DNA from: Bilabrum cf. latius
Lineage: Eukaryota
Reading direction: 5' to 3'
NCBI GenBank assembly: GCA_965178125.1
Contig: OZ237736.1
Coordinates: 682,001 to 746,000, forward strand
DNA length: 64,000 nucleotides
The position numbers were made by a program, and so were the translations under genes. The notes under the pieces were generated by a model. That model was not told the DNA's origin. It saw only the letters and a program-made list of their open reading frames with translations, and did not search any database. Positions 60,601 to 64,000 of the stretch are shown here, piece by piece (position 1 is the stretch's first letter; every line of letters begins with the position of its first letter).

Positions 60601-63600
60601 CTGACATCCCATTGCGTCTACACCATGGTATGGTCTCCGGACGGACCGCTGGAGCCATTCGGCTCTAGGATAGTCATTCCTATTTCTTCCTCGCCGAAAG
60701 AGTCCTTGCCTTCCCCCTCGCCGTCTATTGTGCCTGAAATCACGCTCACGCCAAGTCGGCTATCGACGTCTGCGCCGGTGATGGGTGCCTGCCCTGAGCG
60801 GGGGTCTGCTTCAAGCGAATCAGGGGAACCTGGGCGGATCTCGCTGTCGTCCTCGACGGAAAATCCGGATGAGTCTGCCACTGATGACGACGCTGTCGTG
60901 TTCGAAGCCTTGGAGCTCCGCTTCTTCTTCTTCCTCTTTGCTCTCTTTCGAGTCCTAGCGGACTTGCCATCGATGCCTTTGCCTGATGCACCTCTGCTGG
61001 GTCTCTTGGTGCTCTTTCTACCCGTTGATCTACCGCTCGAAGCCGTACGCGCACGACTGTCTGACCTGTGTGAAGGCTGCTTCCTCGTCCGATTGCCCTT
61101 CCCCGCTGTGCGCGACCTAGTCCGACTGCCAGTGCTGTTGGAAGTGGACGGCTTGGACGCTGCAGACGAGGAGCCTGCTCTCTCTTGAGACTCTCCCGGG
61201 TGACGACCACCGTCGTTTGCAACATTCCCGTTCCGACCCGATGCTTGCAATTTGCTTCCTGCGCCAGCACTCGCTGGCACGTGGCTATGGGCAGCCCTTC
61301 GCATCGCTTGGATGGAGTCCTCCAACGGCCCATCCTGCTGGCCATCCCCACCCCAACGCGACGGCGACGGAGACCCAGAGTCGGAGATACTCGCCGTGGG
61401 ATTGTTCCCCGTGGCGTTGCTGCGACCAAAGCGTCGGGCTGCTCCTGTTGCTGTTGCGGCTCTGCGTGGACGACTGGGCAGAGCCTCGGCGCGCCTCAAA
61501 GGGGAGTCTCCCGGTCTCCCGGATTGACCCACCACACCAAGGGGACCCATCTCTAAGCTCTCATGCGATCCCTTCACCTGAAGAGGGCTTCGCATGCCGG
61601 TGTCTACCTGGTCCTGGTCCGGGCCGACTGTATCACTGCCCCGTTGAGAGCCACCTTCAGAGCTGCTTGTACCCCGACCTCTGCGACCGCCCCGAATTGG
61701 AGCCAAGCCAGTGCCACCCACACCGAGACCACTGCTCCCTGCATCGTCTGCCCCACGATGGCCGCTGGGATCATCTGCACAGTTGCTCTCCATGGAGCGC
61801 CTGACTCTGTGCGGCGAGGGCCGGGCATGTCGGCCGCCCCGTGGTGGTCCGCGCATGGCCCCTGCCAGCGCTGTCTGTGCCCTGGGCTATTCTGGACTGG
61901 CAATCCCACCGCGACTGCGGCGCGATGCAGCGCCCGCGGGGTCTAGCATCACGTCATGAGCGGACAGGCCCCTCGTTAACGGCTACAGGCCAGCAAAGCC
62001 CTCGGCGTCCCCTCCCCCGCCGCTCGCAGTGTCGCTGCCAGACCTGTCGGGGGACCCATCCCGGCTTGAGTCTGACGACAAGCGGTGTCTCCTACCGCCA
62101 GACCTGCTGCTTCCTCTGCGCATACCACGAGGCGAACGATTTGGGGAGCCTTCTGAGCTTTGCACTCTAGGGGCTGGGTCGTGCTTTCGCCACGCACCGC
62201 GAGGCTGGCTGGGCTTTGAGCTCCCGCGGTGCGATGAATGCACGCCATCGCCTGGTACCCCTCGAGGCGACGTAGAGGATGATCTTTCTGCAGATGCGTG
62301 GCCCTGTGCCCCCTCTGCACCTCCACCTTGGCCCTCACCGAATAGGGTAAGCGTGGTAGTTGGCGCCAGCACCATGTCGGCCTAGTGAGCGGAGGTGGGC
62401 CTGGATCCCCCATGCACTCCATCATCACCGATACCGCCGCCCATGACCTCCTCCTCCTGCTGATCATCATTTGCATCATCATCATCGTCCTTGCCCTCGC
62501 CTGACCCAGCCGCCACACCTGACGGAGCCACCCGGCGCTTCTGCCTGACGGGCGTTGCTTTGCCTCCCCTCCCTGAAGGCGGAACACCCAGTTTCCTACC
62601 TCCATGGCCCCCCACATCATCGCCGCCAGTGCCCGCGCCCGCGCCCATGCCCTTGCCCGCGGCAGTGCCAGGGCCCATGGCAGCCGACCGCGCTGCTCCC
62701 TTGATGGCGGCCCGGCGAGCCGCCGCCTCCAGCGCCTCTGCAGGCAGCTCGAGACCCAGCTCCGCCGCCCACGCGGCCACAAAGGGCTTGCTGAGCACGG
62801 TCATCACGGAAGGCCTCCTCCTCGAGTCCCTGGTCAGCAGCTCGTCCACAAGGCCCCGCAGCTGGGGCGAATACTGCGTCCTCGAGATCGGTGGGTACGT
62901 CCCTTGCAGGATCTTGAGGATGAGCGCCCCTTGATTGCGAGCGTCGAAAGGGTGTCGCAGCGTGAGTAGCTCGTATAGGATGCAGCCCAGTGCCCAGCAG
63001 TCCGACTTTTGGTTGTAGGGTTTCTCGGAGAGCAGCTCAGGGGATAGGTAGAATGGGCTGCCGGTGAGCGTCCGGCTGAACCGCGTCTGCGTGGACAGCA
63101 GCTTGGCGACGCCCAAGTCTCCCACTCGCACCCGAATGCTGCGTGCCACGGATCCGTCTGGGTCGTCAAGCAGGTCTGGCGGTCCGCTGGTGCCGCCACT
63201 AGATTTTGCTGCATCGGCTTCTAAAGAAGTGCCAGCGACTAAAAACACGTTGGCGGCCTTCAAATCTCGGTGCATAATTCTATGCGAATGAAGAAACGCC
63301 AAGCCGCAGCATATTTGGATGAATAGGGAGCGCACCATCGTCTCTGGCAAGAGCTATCCACGGCGGGCCTTCAGGGCGCGGTGTAGATCCCCATCGCACA
63401 GCTCCATCACGATGCAAAGAGCTTCATCGTCCACAAACGAGTCGAAATATTGCACCACGAACTCGGAATCCATCCTGGCAAGAATTTGTGCTTCCCTGGC
63501 TGCTTGAGCTTGCTCTTGGTCCGAGAGGTCGCTGATATCGACCTGCTTCATGGCATATAGCCGCCCAGTCTCAAGCCTCTCCACGCAGTGGACCGATCCA

Positions 63601-63728
63601 AATGAGCCAGAGCCTAACTTCTTAAGGAGCTTGAAATCTGATAGTTTGCTCATCTCTTGCGGTTGCGACTCTCCCCTTGCACCACCGGTTGCAGGCGATG
63701 TGCTAGCGGCGTCACCCGCTCCAGACAT
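57612..63728 (-). CDS. Host NIMA-related (NEK) Ser/Thr kinase with very long disordered C-terminus (~2000 aa)
   Basis: LGSGSFGSV, YAMKQV, EAQILA, IVMELCDGDL, RRG(TAG)LLPE, HRDLKAANVFL, GDLGVAK, GSPFYLSPE, YNQKSDCWALGC; downstream fragments are all co-frame to TGA 57612 (not every gap checked for stops). Confidence 0.8.
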
Positions 63729-64000
63729 GATGCCGAAGAGTCCAGTCCGGCGAATCAAGTGATAATGAACGCAGTCCACGTCATGATGGCGCGTAGGCCA
63801 CGCGGTATGCTTCATGTTTTCCCGTTCGAACGGCTTGCTTGAATTGGCACGCTACCACCGCCCAGGCTGGATGAAAGCGGTGGCTTGGCCGGGCCACACT
63901 CCGCTCCTGGTGGTCGGACAGCGCCAGCTTAGTGTCAATACATTACGATGGCAGCATCAGGCGCAGGAGAAGCCACTAGTGAAGGCTCACCACAGCAATA

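Noticed and set aside
57605-63291. Numerous plus-strand ORFs over the NEK gene and other GC-rich host genes
   Set aside because: Antisense or alternative-frame shadows of GC-rich coding sequence with no recognisable motifs.

Overview
Eukaryotic (protist-like) nuclear DNA with GT-AG introns, using a non-standard genetic code: TAG is read as sense (almost certainly Gln) while TAA and TGA remain stops, so the supplied ORF track breaks most genes into pieces. GC-rich host flanks (1-18567, 46698-64000) carry an aspartokinase-like gene, SelO, a saposin-like protein, importin-beta, a sirtuin, a very long NEK-type kinase and six paralogues of an unrecognised domain family. Between the flanks lies an apparently complete 28,130-bp endogenous virophage (18568-46697) with 293-bp terminal inverted repeats, a 65-bp palindrome at each tip and a 5-bp target-site duplication (ACTCA). 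It also uses TAG as sense. It encodes the virophage morphogenesis module (packaging ATPase, cysteine protease, penton, major capsid protein), an rve integrase with chromodomain, a tyrosine recombinase, a TVpol primase/SF3 helicase and a SET-domain protein. The most striking gene is one ~1023-codon frame fusing a C5 DNA methyltransferase, a TET/JBP-type dioxygenase and an FkbM-type methyltransferase, a candidate DNA base-hypermodification system. All protein calls come from manual translation and motif recognition, not database searches; GC contrasts are judged by eye.
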